A program made the translations under genes and the position numbers. 64,000 nucleotides of DNA. Origin: an uncultured Gammaproteobacteria bacterium. Its GTDB lineage: Bacteria > Patescibacteriota > Microgenomatia > Levybacterales > GWA1-39-11. Each line of letters opens with the position of its first letter. Position 1 is the stretch's first letter. Of this stretch, positions 31,216 through 40,658 are shown piece by piece. The notes beneath the pieces were generated by a model. The model worked only from the letters and a program-made list of their open reading frames with translations. It made no database searches and had not been told where the DNA came from. Location: contig CAYMYC010000001.1 of the NCBI GenBank assembly GCA_964394645.1, forward strand, positions 117,299 to 181,298, in the 5' to 3' direction.

Positions 31216-31686
31216 ATGGATAACAATAATTCTATGGAAAAATTTGAAGAAAAGGTAATTCAAGTTTCCCGAGTCTCAAAAAAGACAAAAGGGGGGAATA
31301 AGGTTAGATTTGCTGCATTGGTGGTAGTGGGTGATAGGCGAGGAAAAGTTGGAATTGGACTTGGGAAGTCTGGTGATGTGGCACAGGCAATAGCAAAGGC
31401 CGTGTCATATGCTAAGAGAAGGATGATTTTTGTACCAATACATAATGAAACAATCACGCAGCAGATCAGAGTAAAAAAAGGTGCCGCACAAGTGCTCTTA
31501 AAGCCTGCACCCAAGGGTACCGGAATTATTGCAGGTGGTGCGATTAGAAGTGTTGTTGAAGTAGCTGGAATTAGAAATATATCATCCAAGATTTTAGGAT
31601 CTTCTAATAAGGCAGGAAATGCTCAGGCAACATTTATGGCATTAACGCAACTTGCACAAGACTATGAAGCAAGGGAGAATATTTAA
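31216..31686 (+). CDS. rpsE: 30S ribosomal protein S5
   Basis: 156 aa; dsRBD-like plus S5 C-terminal domain (GRRGKVGIGLGKS). Confidence 0.93.
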   Translation: MDNNNSMEKFEEKVIQVSRVSKKTKGGNKVRFAALVVVGDRRGKVGIGLGKSGDVAQAIAKAVSYAKRRMIFVPIHNETITQQIRVKKGAAQVLLKPAPKGTGIIAGGAIRSVVEVAGIRNISSKILGSSNKAGNAQATFMALTQLAQDYEARENI

Positions 31687-31687
31687 T

Positions 31688-32128
31688 ATGCAGCTACACA
31701 ATTTACCAAAAATAACAACAAAAGGATTAAGGCGCGTAGGGCGTGGGCATGGATCAGGACGCGTTAAAACTTCAGGAAGAGGAACGAAGGGTCAAAAAGC
31801 AAGAAGAGATATTAAGCTTCATTTTGAGGGTGGTGCTCTTCCTTTAATAAAGCGTTTACCGTTCTTGAAGGGTAAGGGCAGAAATAAAACAATTAATCAT
31901 GCTCCTATCGTTTTAAATGTTAAAGATTTTAAAGGACTTCCTGAAAAAACAGTGATTGATTTAGATTTTCTTAAAAAGTATAAACTAGTAGATATTGATA
32001 AAGCGAAGACGTATGGCGTAAAAATATTAGGAGACGGAGAGGTAACAGTTTCTCTAATAGTTAATTTTCCAGTTTCAAAAATAGCTAAGACAAAGATAGA
32101 AAAAGCGGGCGGGACAGTTTCCGTATGA
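31688..32128 (+). CDS. rplO: 50S ribosomal protein L15
   Basis: Start at ATG 31688 (MQLHNLPK...), directly after the rpsE stop, not the ORF-track Met at 31652; GRGxGSGxGKT motif. No L30 gene between S5 and L15. Confidence 0.9.
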   Translation: MQLHNLPKITTKGLRRVGRGHGSGRVKTSGRGTKGQKARRDIKLHFEGGALPLIKRLPFLKGKGRNKTINHAPIVLNVKDFKGLPEKTVIDLDFLKKYKLVDIDKAKTYGVKILGDGEVTVSLIVNFPVSKIAKTKIEKAGGTVSV

Positions 32129-33411
32129 ATCTTTTTTTAAAACTTTTTAGAAATAGCGTAAGAGATAGGGAAATTCGAAAGAAAATCCTTATTACGCTTT
32201 TTCTGCTCCTCATATTCAAGTTGTTTGCGCACATACCAGTTTCTGGTGTAAATATAGCACAACTAAAAAATCTTTTTGCCCAAAATCAGCTCTTAGGGTT
32301 TTTGGATATCTTCTCAGGAGGAACACTTTCCAATTTTTCGATTTTAGCCCTAGGATTAAACCCGTATATTTATGCGTCAATAGTCTTACAACTTTTGACA
32401 ATTGTTTACCCAAAGCTTGAGGCGCTAGCTAAGGAAGGGGAGTATGGGAAGCAAAAAATAAATCAATACACACGCTACATAACAATCCCGCTCGCAATAG
32501 TTCAGGGGATAGGTATGTATGCTCTTTTAAGAAATCAAAACATCGTTTCAAGTCTTTCGCCATTGGAAATTGTGTCTTTTATTGCCACATTAACTTGTGG
32601 AACGATGATTGCTATGTGGATTGGGGAACTTATCTCTGAGCAGGGTATTGGGAACGGAATTTCAATTCTTATTTTTGCGGGAATTGTTGGTCAAATACCA
32701 GTTATGTTTATGCAAACGGTTACAACAATCACCGCTGAGCAATTCTTAAATATAGGTGTTATCATTGTTTCTGCAGTTCTTCTTGTGGCTGCAGTTGTTG
32801 CAATTAATGAGGCTGTAAGGCGTGTACCGATTTATTATGCGAAACGGGTGAGAGGTTCTAAGATGCTTGGGGGTCAATCAACACATCTGCCATTAAAATT
32901 GAATCAGGCAGGAGTTATTCCAATAATTTTTGCTGTTTCTTTAGTATTACTTCCTTCTGTTGTGGCTAATTTTTTAATGACTACTCGCAACAATACGCTT
33001 TCTATAATTGGAACAAGTATTTCAACGTACCTTGACCCAAACGGCATACTTTATAATACTTTGTATTTCCTATTGGTTGTAGGATTTACCTATTTTTATA
33101 CTGCTGTAGTTTTTAATCCATCAAAAATAGCTGAGGAAATACAAAAGTATGGTGGGTTTATACCTGGGGTAAGACCGGGTAAGCCGACTGCATCATTTTT
33201 AAACTTTATTGTTACAAGAATAACTCTTGCTGGTGCAGTATTTTTAGGTATAATTGCAGTATTGCCGAATATAGGACGCGTGATAACCGGAAATCAGACG
33301 CTTCTTATAGGGGGAACAAGTATTTTAATTGTTGTATCAGTTGTTATTGAAACTGTTAAAATATTAGATACGCAAATGGTAACAAAAAGTTATGAGAAGT
33401 TTTTAAAATAA
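32125..33411 (+). CDS. secY: Preprotein translocase subunit SecY
   Basis: 428 aa; 10 TM helices with SecY signatures. Confidence 0.95.
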   Translation: MNLFLKLFRNSVRDREIRKKILITLFLLLIFKLFAHIPVSGVNIAQLKNLFAQNQLLGFLDIFSGGTLSNFSILALGLNPYIYASIVLQLLTIVYPKLEALAKEGEYGKQKINQYTRYITIPLAIVQGIGMYALLRNQNIVSSLSPLEIVSFIATLTCGTMIAMWIGELISEQGIGNGISILIFAGIVGQIPVMFMQTVTTITAEQFLNIGVIIVSAVLLVAAVVAINEAVRRVPIYYAKRVRGSKMLGGQSTHLPLKLNQAGVIPIIFAVSLVLLPSVVANFLMTTRNNTLSIIGTSISTYLDPNGILYNTLYFLLVVGFTYFYTAVVFNPSKIAEEIQKYGGFIPGVRPGKPTASFLNFIVTRITLAGAVFLGIIAVLPNIGRVITGNQTLLIGGTSILIVVSVVIETVKILDTQMVTKSYEKFLK

Positions 33412-33426
33412 AAAATTACTTAATAT

Positions 33427-33969
33427 ATGAAGCTAATATTAATAGGTATCCAGGGAAGCGGTAAGTCCACACAAGGAAATATACTTTCTGAGAAATTGCA
33501 TATTCCCTATCTTTCTTCAGGACATATATTCCGTGAAATGGCAAAGGAGAAAACTCCTATTGGTCGCTACATTAAAGAGACTATGAATGCAGGATTTTTA
33601 ATCCCAGATGATAAAACACTTGAGATAGTTATTGAGTATTTAGGGCGATCAGAATATCAGAGTGGTTATATTCTTGATGGATTTCCTAGAACTGTTCCGC
33701 AGGCTGAAGCGTTTCCAAATGGAGTAGAGAAGGTAATTTATCTTCGGGTGACTGACAAAGAGGCTTTATGGAGGTTAGCTGGTCGTGACGAAGAAGGAGT
33801 GCGTGAAGATAACACATTGAAAGCTATTCTGAAGCGTATAAATGAATTTCATACAAAAACAGAGCCAGTAATTGAATATTATAGAGAAAAGGGTAAACTG
33901 CTTGAAATAAATGGTGAAAGAAATATAGAAGAAATTGCCTCTGAGATACTTTCAAATATCCAGAAATAA
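33427..33969 (+). CDS. adk: Adenylate kinase (short type)
   Basis: P-loop GIQGSGKST, NMP-binding and GFILDGFPRT motifs; 180 aa. Confidence 0.85.
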   Translation: MKLILIGIQGSGKSTQGNILSEKLHIPYLSSGHIFREMAKEKTPIGRYIKETMNAGFLIPDDKTLEIVIEYLGRSEYQSGYILDGFPRTVPQAEAFPNGVEKVIYLRVTDKEALWRLAGRDEEGVREDNTLKAILKRINEFHTKTEPVIEYYREKGKLLEINGERNIEEIASEILSNIQK

Positions 33970-34539
33970 ATGATAAAACCTCAAATTCTAGGAATTACAG
34001 GAGCGTTCGGAAGTGGGAAATCTACTGCTTCTGAATATATTGTTTCATTAGGGTATAAAAAAATAAGCTTATCGAAGTTCTTAGAGGATGAGCTTGTATC
34101 ATTAGGAGAAACAGCCATAACACGTGAAAAACTCCAAGACCTTGGTAACTCCTGGCGTACTGAGTATGGAAGTGGTGTATTGGGGAAAAAAGCTGTTGAA
34201 TTAATTCTCACAAATAAGTTCGATAGAGTAGTTGTGGAGGGTATTCGAAATATTGAAGAAATTGGTGAGCTAAAAAAAATAGGAACAGTGACTTTAATTG
34301 CTCTCATGGTTGATAGAAGTGTTAGGTATAAGAGGTTGGAGAAGTTGACAAGAAGAGAGAAATTAACGCCTGAGTTGTTTGAGAAATTAGACGCAAGAGA
34401 TTTGGGGCTGGGAGAGAGCGACTCTGGACTCCAAACAGCTCTTTGTATTGCTCTGTCAGACATATATATAAATAACAATACAAACGAGAAAGATTTATTC
34501 ATTAAAATCGAAGATGTAATAAAGAGTTTGGGGAGATAG
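33970..34539 (+). CDS. P-loop nucleotide kinase, dephospho-CoA kinase-like
   Basis: ILGITGAFGSGKST Walker A; 189 aa; CoaE/NMP-kinase fold assigned by motif only. Confidence 0.45.
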   Translation: MIKPQILGITGAFGSGKSTASEYIVSLGYKKISLSKFLEDELVSLGETAITREKLQDLGNSWRTEYGSGVLGKKAVELILTNKFDRVVVEGIRNIEEIGELKKIGTVTLIALMVDRSVRYKRLEKLTRREKLTPELFEKLDARDLGLGESDSGLQTALCIALSDIYINNNTNEKDLFIKIEDVIKSLGR

Positions 34540-34570
34540 GAGAAAATATTTTTAATCAGCATATTTTAAA

Positions 34571-35143
34571 ATGCAAAATATATACGTTTTAATAGGACCA
34601 CCGTTATCCGGGAAAGAGACACAAGGAGAACTGCTGGAAATTTCTTTGGGAGGTATTCCTAGATTTTCAATGGGACATTTAATCCGTGAGGCAAGAAATA
34701 CGGATCAGAAATTTGAAAATGCGTATCAAAAATATAGTATGCAGGGAAAACACTTACCAAATGATATAAAATTTTCGCTTTTAGCGGATAAAATGAATAA
34801 GGCAAATCAATCTGGTTTTATTCTGGACAATTTTCCTGCAACTGCAGAAGATGTAGAATACCTAGAGAGATATCTTGTTGGGAAAGATTTGAAGATAAAA
34901 ACTGTAATAGTGCTAAACGTTTCGGGAGATGAAACAAAAAAACGTTTTGAAATAGCGAGAAATAGGAGGGGTCGCGCAGATGATACAATTAAAAACATTC
35001 TCGATAGAAGAGAAATACAAGATACTGATCGTATGGCAGTGCTAAATCATTATGAAAAGATGGGGGTATTAAAAATGATTAATGGAGAGCAGTCTGTAGA
35101 GAAAGTTCATCAGGATATATTAAGGGAGATTGATCAATCGTAA
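34571..35143 (+). CDS. Adenylate kinase-family paralog with non-canonical P-loop
   Basis: Adk-like order of motifs (GPPLSGKETQ, GFILDNFPAT, RADD) but with Gly->Leu and Gly->Glu changes in the P-loop. Confidence 0.6.
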   Translation: MQNIYVLIGPPLSGKETQGELLEISLGGIPRFSMGHLIREARNTDQKFENAYQKYSMQGKHLPNDIKFSLLADKMNKANQSGFILDNFPATAEDVEYLERYLVGKDLKIKTVIVLNVSGDETKKRFEIARNRRGRADDTIKNILDRREIQDTDRMAVLNHYEKMGVLKMINGEQSVEKVHQDILREIDQS

Positions 35144-35153
35144 ATTTTAACAA

Positions 35154-35933
35154 ATGAAAAATAATACTAAGACGAATAGTCAAATAGAGATTATGGAAAA
35201 GGCAGGAGAGATGCTTGGAGTAGTTTTGGCAGAAACTTTAGAGCTTGTTAAGCCTGGGATAACAGAGCTTGAGTTGGATAGCTTTGCGGATAAACGAATA
35301 GTAGAGTTGGGTGGTTTTCCCGGATTCAAGAAGGTTGAGGGGTATAAACATGCTATTTGTGTGGCAACCAATGATATTGTGGTTCATGGTATCCCGAAAA
35401 AAAGGATTCTTCGGGAAGGGGATATCATAGCGGTAGACGCTGGAGTATTTCTAGACGGTTTTCACTCTGATATGGCTGAGACAGTTGTAGTTGGAAAAGC
35501 AAAGAATAATGAGATTTACCAATTTTTAGATTCTGGTAAACGGGCTATGTACGCTGGTATTATGCAGGCAAAGCCAGGTAATCGTGTTGGAGATATTTCA
35601 AAAGCAATACAAGAGATAGTGGAAAAACAAGGAGGATATTCAGTTGTACATTCTCTGGTCGGGCATGGTGTAGGAAAAGACCTTCATGAAGATCCGCAAA
35701 TTCCAGGTTATTTGCGTGGGAAAATAGAGAAAACACCGCTTCTTGTTCCTAATATGACCATTGCTGTTGAAGTTATTTACAATATGGGTGCGCAGGAAGT
35801 TGAGTATGAGGGTTCAGACGACTGGACAATAGCGACTAAAGATCATTCTTTGTCTGGTGTTTTCGAAAGAACAATCGTTATAACTGATGTAGGACCAAAA
35901 CTTTTAACACACTTTCCAGGAGAGCAACTATAG
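35154..35933 (+). CDS. map: Methionine aminopeptidase type I
   Basis: 259 aa; metal ligands in D..D..H..E..E context (VGHGVGKDLHE). Confidence 0.9.
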   Translation: MKNNTKTNSQIEIMEKAGEMLGVVLAETLELVKPGITELELDSFADKRIVELGGFPGFKKVEGYKHAICVATNDIVVHGIPKKRILREGDIIAVDAGVFLDGFHSDMAETVVVGKAKNNEIYQFLDSGKRAMYAGIMQAKPGNRVGDISKAIQEIVEKQGGYSVVHSLVGHGVGKDLHEDPQIPGYLRGKIEKTPLLVPNMTIAVEVIYNMGAQEVEYEGSDDWTIATKDHSLSGVFERTIVITDVGPKLLTHFPGEQL

Positions 35934-36029
35934 CCTTGATATGAGGCTTAGTATCTGATAGAATATACAAATACTTAAGCTCTCTTAGAGGAATCTCAAG
36001 GGAGAATTTTTGAGTTTAGGGATATACGG

Positions 36030-36251
36030 ATGGCGCATCAAGGTTCAATCGAAGTAGACGGAATTGTAAAAGAGGTTTTACCTAACACTTTATTTAGAGT
36101 TGAAATAGAAGGTGGAAGGGTAGTTCTTTGTCACCTCTCAGGTAAGATGAGGATTCATTTTATAAAAATTTTACCTGGAGATAGGGTACGGATAGAAATG
36201 ACGCCATACGATAAAACAAAGGGAAGAATTACCTTTAGGCATAGGAGCTAA
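36030..36251 (+). CDS. infA: Translation initiation factor IF-1
   Basis: 73 aa S1-like OB fold ([19 protein letters not shown]). Confidence 0.93.
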   Translation: MAHQGSIEVDGIVKEVLPNTLFRVEIEGGRVVLCHLSGKMRIHFIKILPGDRVRIEMTPYDKTKGRITFRHRS

Positions 36252-36302
36252 AATTTAATCATTGGTGAATTGTAAAAGTTATTCACTATTTTCTTAACAA
36301 AT

Positions 36303-36695
36303 ATGAGAGTTGCAGGTGTAAATGTACCAGACGGAAAAAGAGCAGATATCGCACTTACCTATATTTATGGGGTAGGTCGTTCTAACGTGAAAGAAATTTT
36401 AGTAAAAGCTAAAATAGAACCTGATAGAAGAATAAATACTCTATCTGAGGAAGAGTTAACGCAAATTCAGAAAGCACTTGATTCAATTAAAATTGAAGGA
36501 GATTTAAGGGGTGAAATCTTTGAAGATATTAAGCGCCTTAAAAATATAAGTTCTTATAGGGGATTAAGACATGCAAGAAATCTTCCAGCACGGGGTCAAA
36601 GAACTCGTTCTAATGCTCGCACAAAACGTGGAAAGAGAGTCACTATCGGAGCGATCAAAAAAGAAGTAGCTGAAAAAATGGGTCTCAATAAGTAG
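36303..36695 (+). CDS. rpsM: 30S ribosomal protein S13
   Basis: 130 aa; MRVAGVNVPDGKR... Confidence 0.93.
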   Translation: MRVAGVNVPDGKRADIALTYIYGVGRSNVKEILVKAKIEPDRRINTLSEEELTQIQKALDSIKIEGDLRGEIFEDIKRLKNISSYRGLRHARNLPARGQRTRSNARTKRGKRVTIGAIKKEVAEKMGLNK

Positions 36696-36713
36696 AAGAG
36701 AACAATAAATAAT

Positions 36714-37103
36714 ATGGCAAAGGTACAAGCAAAAACAAAAAAGAAAAAAATGGTGACAACGTCATCAGGTCGTGTATATGTAAGTACAACATTTAACAAT
36801 ACAATTGTTACTGTAACAAATGAGAAAGGTGATGCTCTTTCATGGAGTTCATCAGGGAATATGGGTTACAAGGGAACAAGAAAGTCAACTCCATTTGCAG
36901 CAACTCAAGCTGTTGATGAGGCATTAAAACGAGCAAGAGAAGCTGGTCTTCAAACGGTAGAGGTATTCATTAAAGGTCCTGGTGTTGGACGTGATGCTGC
37001 CCTGCGTGCAGTTAGAAATTCTGGTCTTACAATTTCAATGATAGCAGATGTAACGCCGATTCCACACAATGGAGTAAGGGCAAAGAAAAAGAGAAGAGTA
37101 TAA
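36714..37103 (+). CDS. rpsK: 30S ribosomal protein S11
   Basis: 129 aa; canonical S11. Confidence 0.93.
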   Translation: MAKVQAKTKKKKMVTTSSGRVYVSTTFNNTIVTVTNEKGDALSWSSSGNMGYKGTRKSTPFAATQAVDEALKRAREAGLQTVEVFIKGPGVGRDAALRAVRNSGLTISMIADVTPIPHNGVRAKKKRRV

Positions 37104-37125
37104 AAATATATTATAAATATTTATT

Positions 37126-37713
37126 ATGGCAAGATATACAGGACCAAAACATAGACTAGCAAGACTTGAGGGTGTAAATATTCTTGAGAAAACATCTAAT
37201 TCTCTTGAGCGCAGACTTAATATTATTCCTGGAATTCATGGCAAGAAAGGAAGAAGAAAAACATCAGAGTATGGGTTGCAGTTAAGGGAAAAGCAAAAGC
37301 TCAAAAAAATATATGGACTTTTGGAAAAACAATTCAGGAATTACGTTGATCTTGCGCAGAGTAAGAAAGCAAATACAGAAGATGCCTTAGTTCAACTCCT
37401 TGAAACAAGACTGGACAATATTGTTTATCGTTTGGGATTTGCTCGATCTAGGAATCAGGCTCGCCAAATGGTTTCACACAAGCATGTGTTTGTAAACGGG
37501 AAAAAAGTAAACATCCCTTCATATAGGGTGAAAGAAGGAGACGCAATTACTTTTTCAACAAAAATGATTAAGGCTGAAGATGAAGAAACAAGAGCGGTTT
37601 TACCTTTTGTTGAAAGAGAAGCAGATGCAGGTAAGCTCATGAGGCTTCCTGAGAGCAAAGATGTGCCAAATCCTGTAGATTATCAATTGGTTATTGAATT
37701 TTACTCTAGATAG
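37126..37713 (+). CDS. rpsD: 30S ribosomal protein S4
   Basis: 195 aa; S4 domain. Confidence 0.93.
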   Translation: MARYTGPKHRLARLEGVNILEKTSNSLERRLNIIPGIHGKKGRRKTSEYGLQLREKQKLKKIYGLLEKQFRNYVDLAQSKKANTEDALVQLLETRLDNIVYRLGFARSRNQARQMVSHKHVFVNGKKVNIPSYRVKEGDAITFSTKMIKAEDEETRAVLPFVEREADAGKLMRLPESKDVPNPVDYQLVIEFYSR

Positions 37714-37800
37714 TAGTACAATAACGATTATAGAAGCCTAGCGTATGGGTTATTACTCATATTGTGTAGGCTTCAATTCTGTCATTTTGGAGTTATTAAT

Positions 37801-38724
37801 ATGATCAGTCCTAAATTTAAAGTTGTCGAAGAAAATACACAAGAAAATTATACAAGATTTGTTTTTGAGCCATTAGAGCCTGGCTTCGGAAACACCTTAG
37901 GAGTTGCGCTTCGTCGCGTTCTACTAACTGGTATTGAAGGATCAGCAGTTACCTCAGTAAAAATTAACGGAGTAAAGCACATGTTCTCCACCCTTCCAGG
38001 ATTAAAAGAAGATATTATTGAGCTTATACTTAATATTAAAATGTTAAGAGTTAAAATGGCTGAAAGTAAAAAGGAAGCTAAATTGACACTTGAAGTGACA
38101 GGGCCAGGAGATGTTACTGCATCTAATATAGAAGTAGCAGACGGTATAGAGATAGTAAACGCTGATCACTACTTAGGTTCTCTTTCTGATAAAAAATCAA
38201 AACTAGAAATGGAAATGACAGTTGAGCGTGGTCTTGGGTATTCGCTTGCAGAGGAAAGAAAGATCTCAACAATTGGAGTTATTCCAATTGATGCAATATT
38301 CTCACCTGTTGTAAGAGTAAATTATAAGGTAGAGCAAACGCGCGTAGGACGTCAAACAAACTACGATAAGCTCGTTTTAGATGTATGGACTGACGGAACA
38401 ATTGTTTCTTCAGTTGTTTTGGAGCAAGCAGCTCGTATTTTAGTCTCATATTTTATGAGAGTATACGAACAAGATGAGGATGTTGTAGCTGAGCAAATCA
38501 TATCTTCACCAAAATTATCAGATGACGTAGCGAGAATGACAGTTGATGAGTTAGACTTGCCAACAAGAATTTATAACTCATTAAGAAATGCTGGAATAGA
38601 AACTGTTGGTCAACTTCTAACAACTCCTAAAAAAGAATTAATGAACTATAGAAACCTTGGGGCAAAATCACTCTCCGTTATTGATGAAAGCCTTAAGGAA
38701 AAAGGAATAGATTTCAACATCTAA
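37801..38724 (+). CDS. rpoA: DNA-directed RNA polymerase subunit alpha
   Basis: Start chosen at ATG 37801 (MISPKFKVVEEN...); NTD dimerisation domain and alpha-CTD. Confidence 0.9.
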   Translation: MISPKFKVVEENTQENYTRFVFEPLEPGFGNTLGVALRRVLLTGIEGSAVTSVKINGVKHMFSTLPGLKEDIIELILNIKMLRVKMAESKKEAKLTLEVTGPGDVTASNIEVADGIEIVNADHYLGSLSDKKSKLEMEMTVERGLGYSLAEERKISTIGVIPIDAIFSPVVRVNYKVEQTRVGRQTNYDKLVLDVWTDGTIVSSVVLEQAARILVSYFMRVYEQDEDVVAEQIISSPKLSDDVARMTVDELDLPTRIYNSLRNAGIETVGQLLTTPKKELMNYRNLGAKSLSVIDESLKEKGIDFNI

Positions 38725-38762
38725 AGTTCTGCTTTAAAAATTTCGGTTTGATACATATTAAT

Positions 38763-38785
38763 GCGTCTTAACCGACGCTTTTTTT
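38763..38785 (+). terminator. Intrinsic-terminator-like hairpin between rpoA and rplQ
   Basis: GCGTC-ttaacc-GACGC stem followed by T7; 8 nt before the rplQ ATG. Confidence 0.5.
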
Positions 38786-38792
38786 ATAAAAG

Positions 38793-39269
38793 ATGAGAAA
38801 AAGAGTATTTGGTAAAAAATTAAAAAGAACAACGAATCAAAGAAAGGCGCTTTTTAGATCGCTCACGCAAGCGCTTGTTTTGCATGGTAGAATAAAAACA
38901 ACGGAAGCTAAAGCAAAAGCGATAAAAGGAGAAATTGAAAAATTAATAACTTACGCAAAAAATAACAAAGAAAACGCTTATAACCATTTGCAGCACCATG
39001 TACATCCGAAAACAGCTGAAGGAATTATAGTAATAGCACCAGTGTTTGAGAACAGACCAGGAGGATATACAAGAATTATAAGAATTGGTGGAAGAAAAAA
39101 GGATAACGCAGCGATGGTATTATTGGAGTTTGTAGAAAAAACACAGTCTGTAATTGTTGAAAAACCCAAGAAAGATGAGAAAAAAACGGTTGAAAAAGCG
39201 CCTCAAGCAGACGATAAAAAGATAAAGAAAGGAAAGGATGCAAAATCTAACAAAACCAACAAAAAGTAA
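38793..39269 (+). CDS. rplQ: 50S ribosomal protein L17 (Lys-rich C-terminal extension)
   Basis: L17 core (GGYTRIIRIG); 158 aa. Confidence 0.9.
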   Translation: MRKRVFGKKLKRTTNQRKALFRSLTQALVLHGRIKTTEAKAKAIKGEIEKLITYAKNNKENAYNHLQHHVHPKTAEGIIVIAPVFENRPGGYTRIIRIGGRKKDNAAMVLLEFVEKTQSVIVEKPKKDEKKTVEKAPQADDKKIKKGKDAKSNKTNKK

Positions 39270-39690
39270 AGAAATAGTTCGTTCATGGCATCTTGTGGAT
39301 GCAAACGGAGCAATTTTAGGCAGAACAGCCACAATGATTGCTGAATCCCTTATGGGAAAAGGAAAGTCATATTTTGCAAAGAATATGGATTGCGGAGATT
39401 ACGTTGTGGTGATAAATGCAGCCATGGTTAAAGTTACTGGCAACAAGGAAAAAAACAAGATATACACGAGATATTCAGGTTATCCAGGTGGACTTCATTC
39501 AAAGCGTTTGGAAGAGGTAAGAGAATCTAAGCCAACAGAAATTATAAGACATGCAGTTTCAGGAATGCTTCCGAAAAATAAATTAAGAGAGCAGATGTTA
39601 AAGCGACTCTATATATATAAGGATACAGAACATCCATACGAGGACAAATTAAAAAGTAAAAATGTGAAACTTAAAAATGAGGAGAAATAA
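39238..39690 (+). CDS. rplM: 50S ribosomal protein L13
   Basis: 150 aa; WHLVDANGAILGRTAT N-terminus typical of L13; overlaps the rplQ tail by 32 nt. Confidence 0.9.
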   Translation: MQNLTKPTKSKEIVRSWHLVDANGAILGRTATMIAESLMGKGKSYFAKNMDCGDYVVVINAAMVKVTGNKEKNKIYTRYSGYPGGLHSKRLEEVRESKPTEIIRHAVSGMLPKNKLREQMLKRLYIYKDTEHPYEDKLKSKNVKLKNEEK

Positions 39691-39692
39691 AA

Positions 39693-40154
39693 ATGGATAA
39701 AATAGAGATAAAAACAAAATCATCAAAAAATTACATAACTGCGGTAGGCAGACGCAGAGAGGCTGTTGCGCGTGTAAGAATATATACTGCGGCAGGTAAA
39801 ATTGAGGTTTTTGGTGAAGAGAGAAAAAGAGGGGACATAGTAATAAATAAAAAGCCTGTTATGGAGTATTTTTCTTTTGCGTCTTCCGCATCAAAATATA
39901 AAAAATTATTGGGTGAAACAGGAGTAGATGGGAAATATGTAATTTCAGCAAGAATTACTGGAGGAGGTCTTAATGGACAGCTAGAAGCATTTGTTCATGG
40001 AGTAGCGCGCGCATTGGATAAAATAGATAAAGAGAAGCATCACAAGGTGCTCTCAGACAACGGTTATCTTACTCGTGACCCGAGAACTCGTGAGCGACGT
40101 AAGGTAGGAAACGCTGGAAAAGCACGTCGTAAAAAGCAATCGCCAAAGCGATAG
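39693..40154 (+). CDS. rpsI: 30S ribosomal protein S9
   Basis: 153 aa; C-terminal RRKKQSPKR. Confidence 0.93.
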   Translation: MDKIEIKTKSSKNYITAVGRRREAVARVRIYTAAGKIEVFGEERKRGDIVINKKPVMEYFSFASSASKYKKLLGETGVDGKYVISARITGGGLNGQLEAFVHGVARALDKIDKEKHHKVLSDNGYLTRDPRTRERRKVGNAGKARRKKQSPKR

Positions 40155-40187
40155 AGCTCAAGTTTTATTTCAATTTTATTTTCCGTA

Positions 40188-40658
40188 TTATTCAACAGCT
40201 TTTTTTATTACATCAAAAGAAAATCCCCGGGATAGAAGAAGGCGCATCATTTTTTCTTTGAATTGAGTCTTGTCTAAATGAGAGTAAATTCTTTTTTTTC
40301 TTTCAACAAATGCTCTTGCGGTTACTAAGTCGTCTTGTGTATCTTTTGAGATCACATTTATAATATCATCGCTTATTCCCTTTTTCTTCAACTCATAGGA
40401 AATAAAGTATTTGCTTTTTCCTTTATAGTTCTGTCTACTACGAGCAAAACTTTTCCCGAATTCTTCATCGTTTAAAAAATTTAATTCTTTAAGCCGTAGA
40501 ATTGTTTGTGAGATAATATTACTTACAAACCCTTTTTTTGTTAAATAATTCTCAATTTCTTTAGTACTTCTTGCTCGTAAAGACAAATATCTTGCAGCAC
40601 TATTGAATGCATATTGTGGATCGTTGGGGTGTTCATTACTGAAGAGCTTCTTCCTCAT
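40188..40658 (-). CDS. recX: Regulatory protein RecX
   Basis: 156 aa three-helix-repeat protein immediately downstream of recA, with a 23-nt overlap. Confidence 0.7.
   Translation of the reverse strand: MRKKLFSNEHPNDPQYAFNSAARYLSLRARSTKEIENYLTKKGFVSNIISQTILRLKELNFLNDEEFGKSFARSRQNYKGKSKYFISYELKKKGISDDIINVISKDTQDDLVTARAFVERKKRIYSHLDKTQFKEKMMRLLLSRGFSFDVIKKAVE

Noticed and set aside
31652-31687. Upstream Met (31652) for rplO overlapping rpsE
   Set aside because: Conserved L15 N-terminus begins at MQLHNLPK (31688) immediately after the rpsE stop; upstream extension is out of character.
33981-34562. 193-aa minus-strand ORF antisense to the CoaE-like kinase gene
   Set aside because: The sense strand carries a clear Walker A kinase; antisense product has no motifs.
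37762-37800. Upstream start MCRLQFCHFGVIN for rpoA
   Set aside because: Conserved alpha-subunit N-terminus begins at MISPKFKVVEEN (37801); extension is Cys-rich nonsense.
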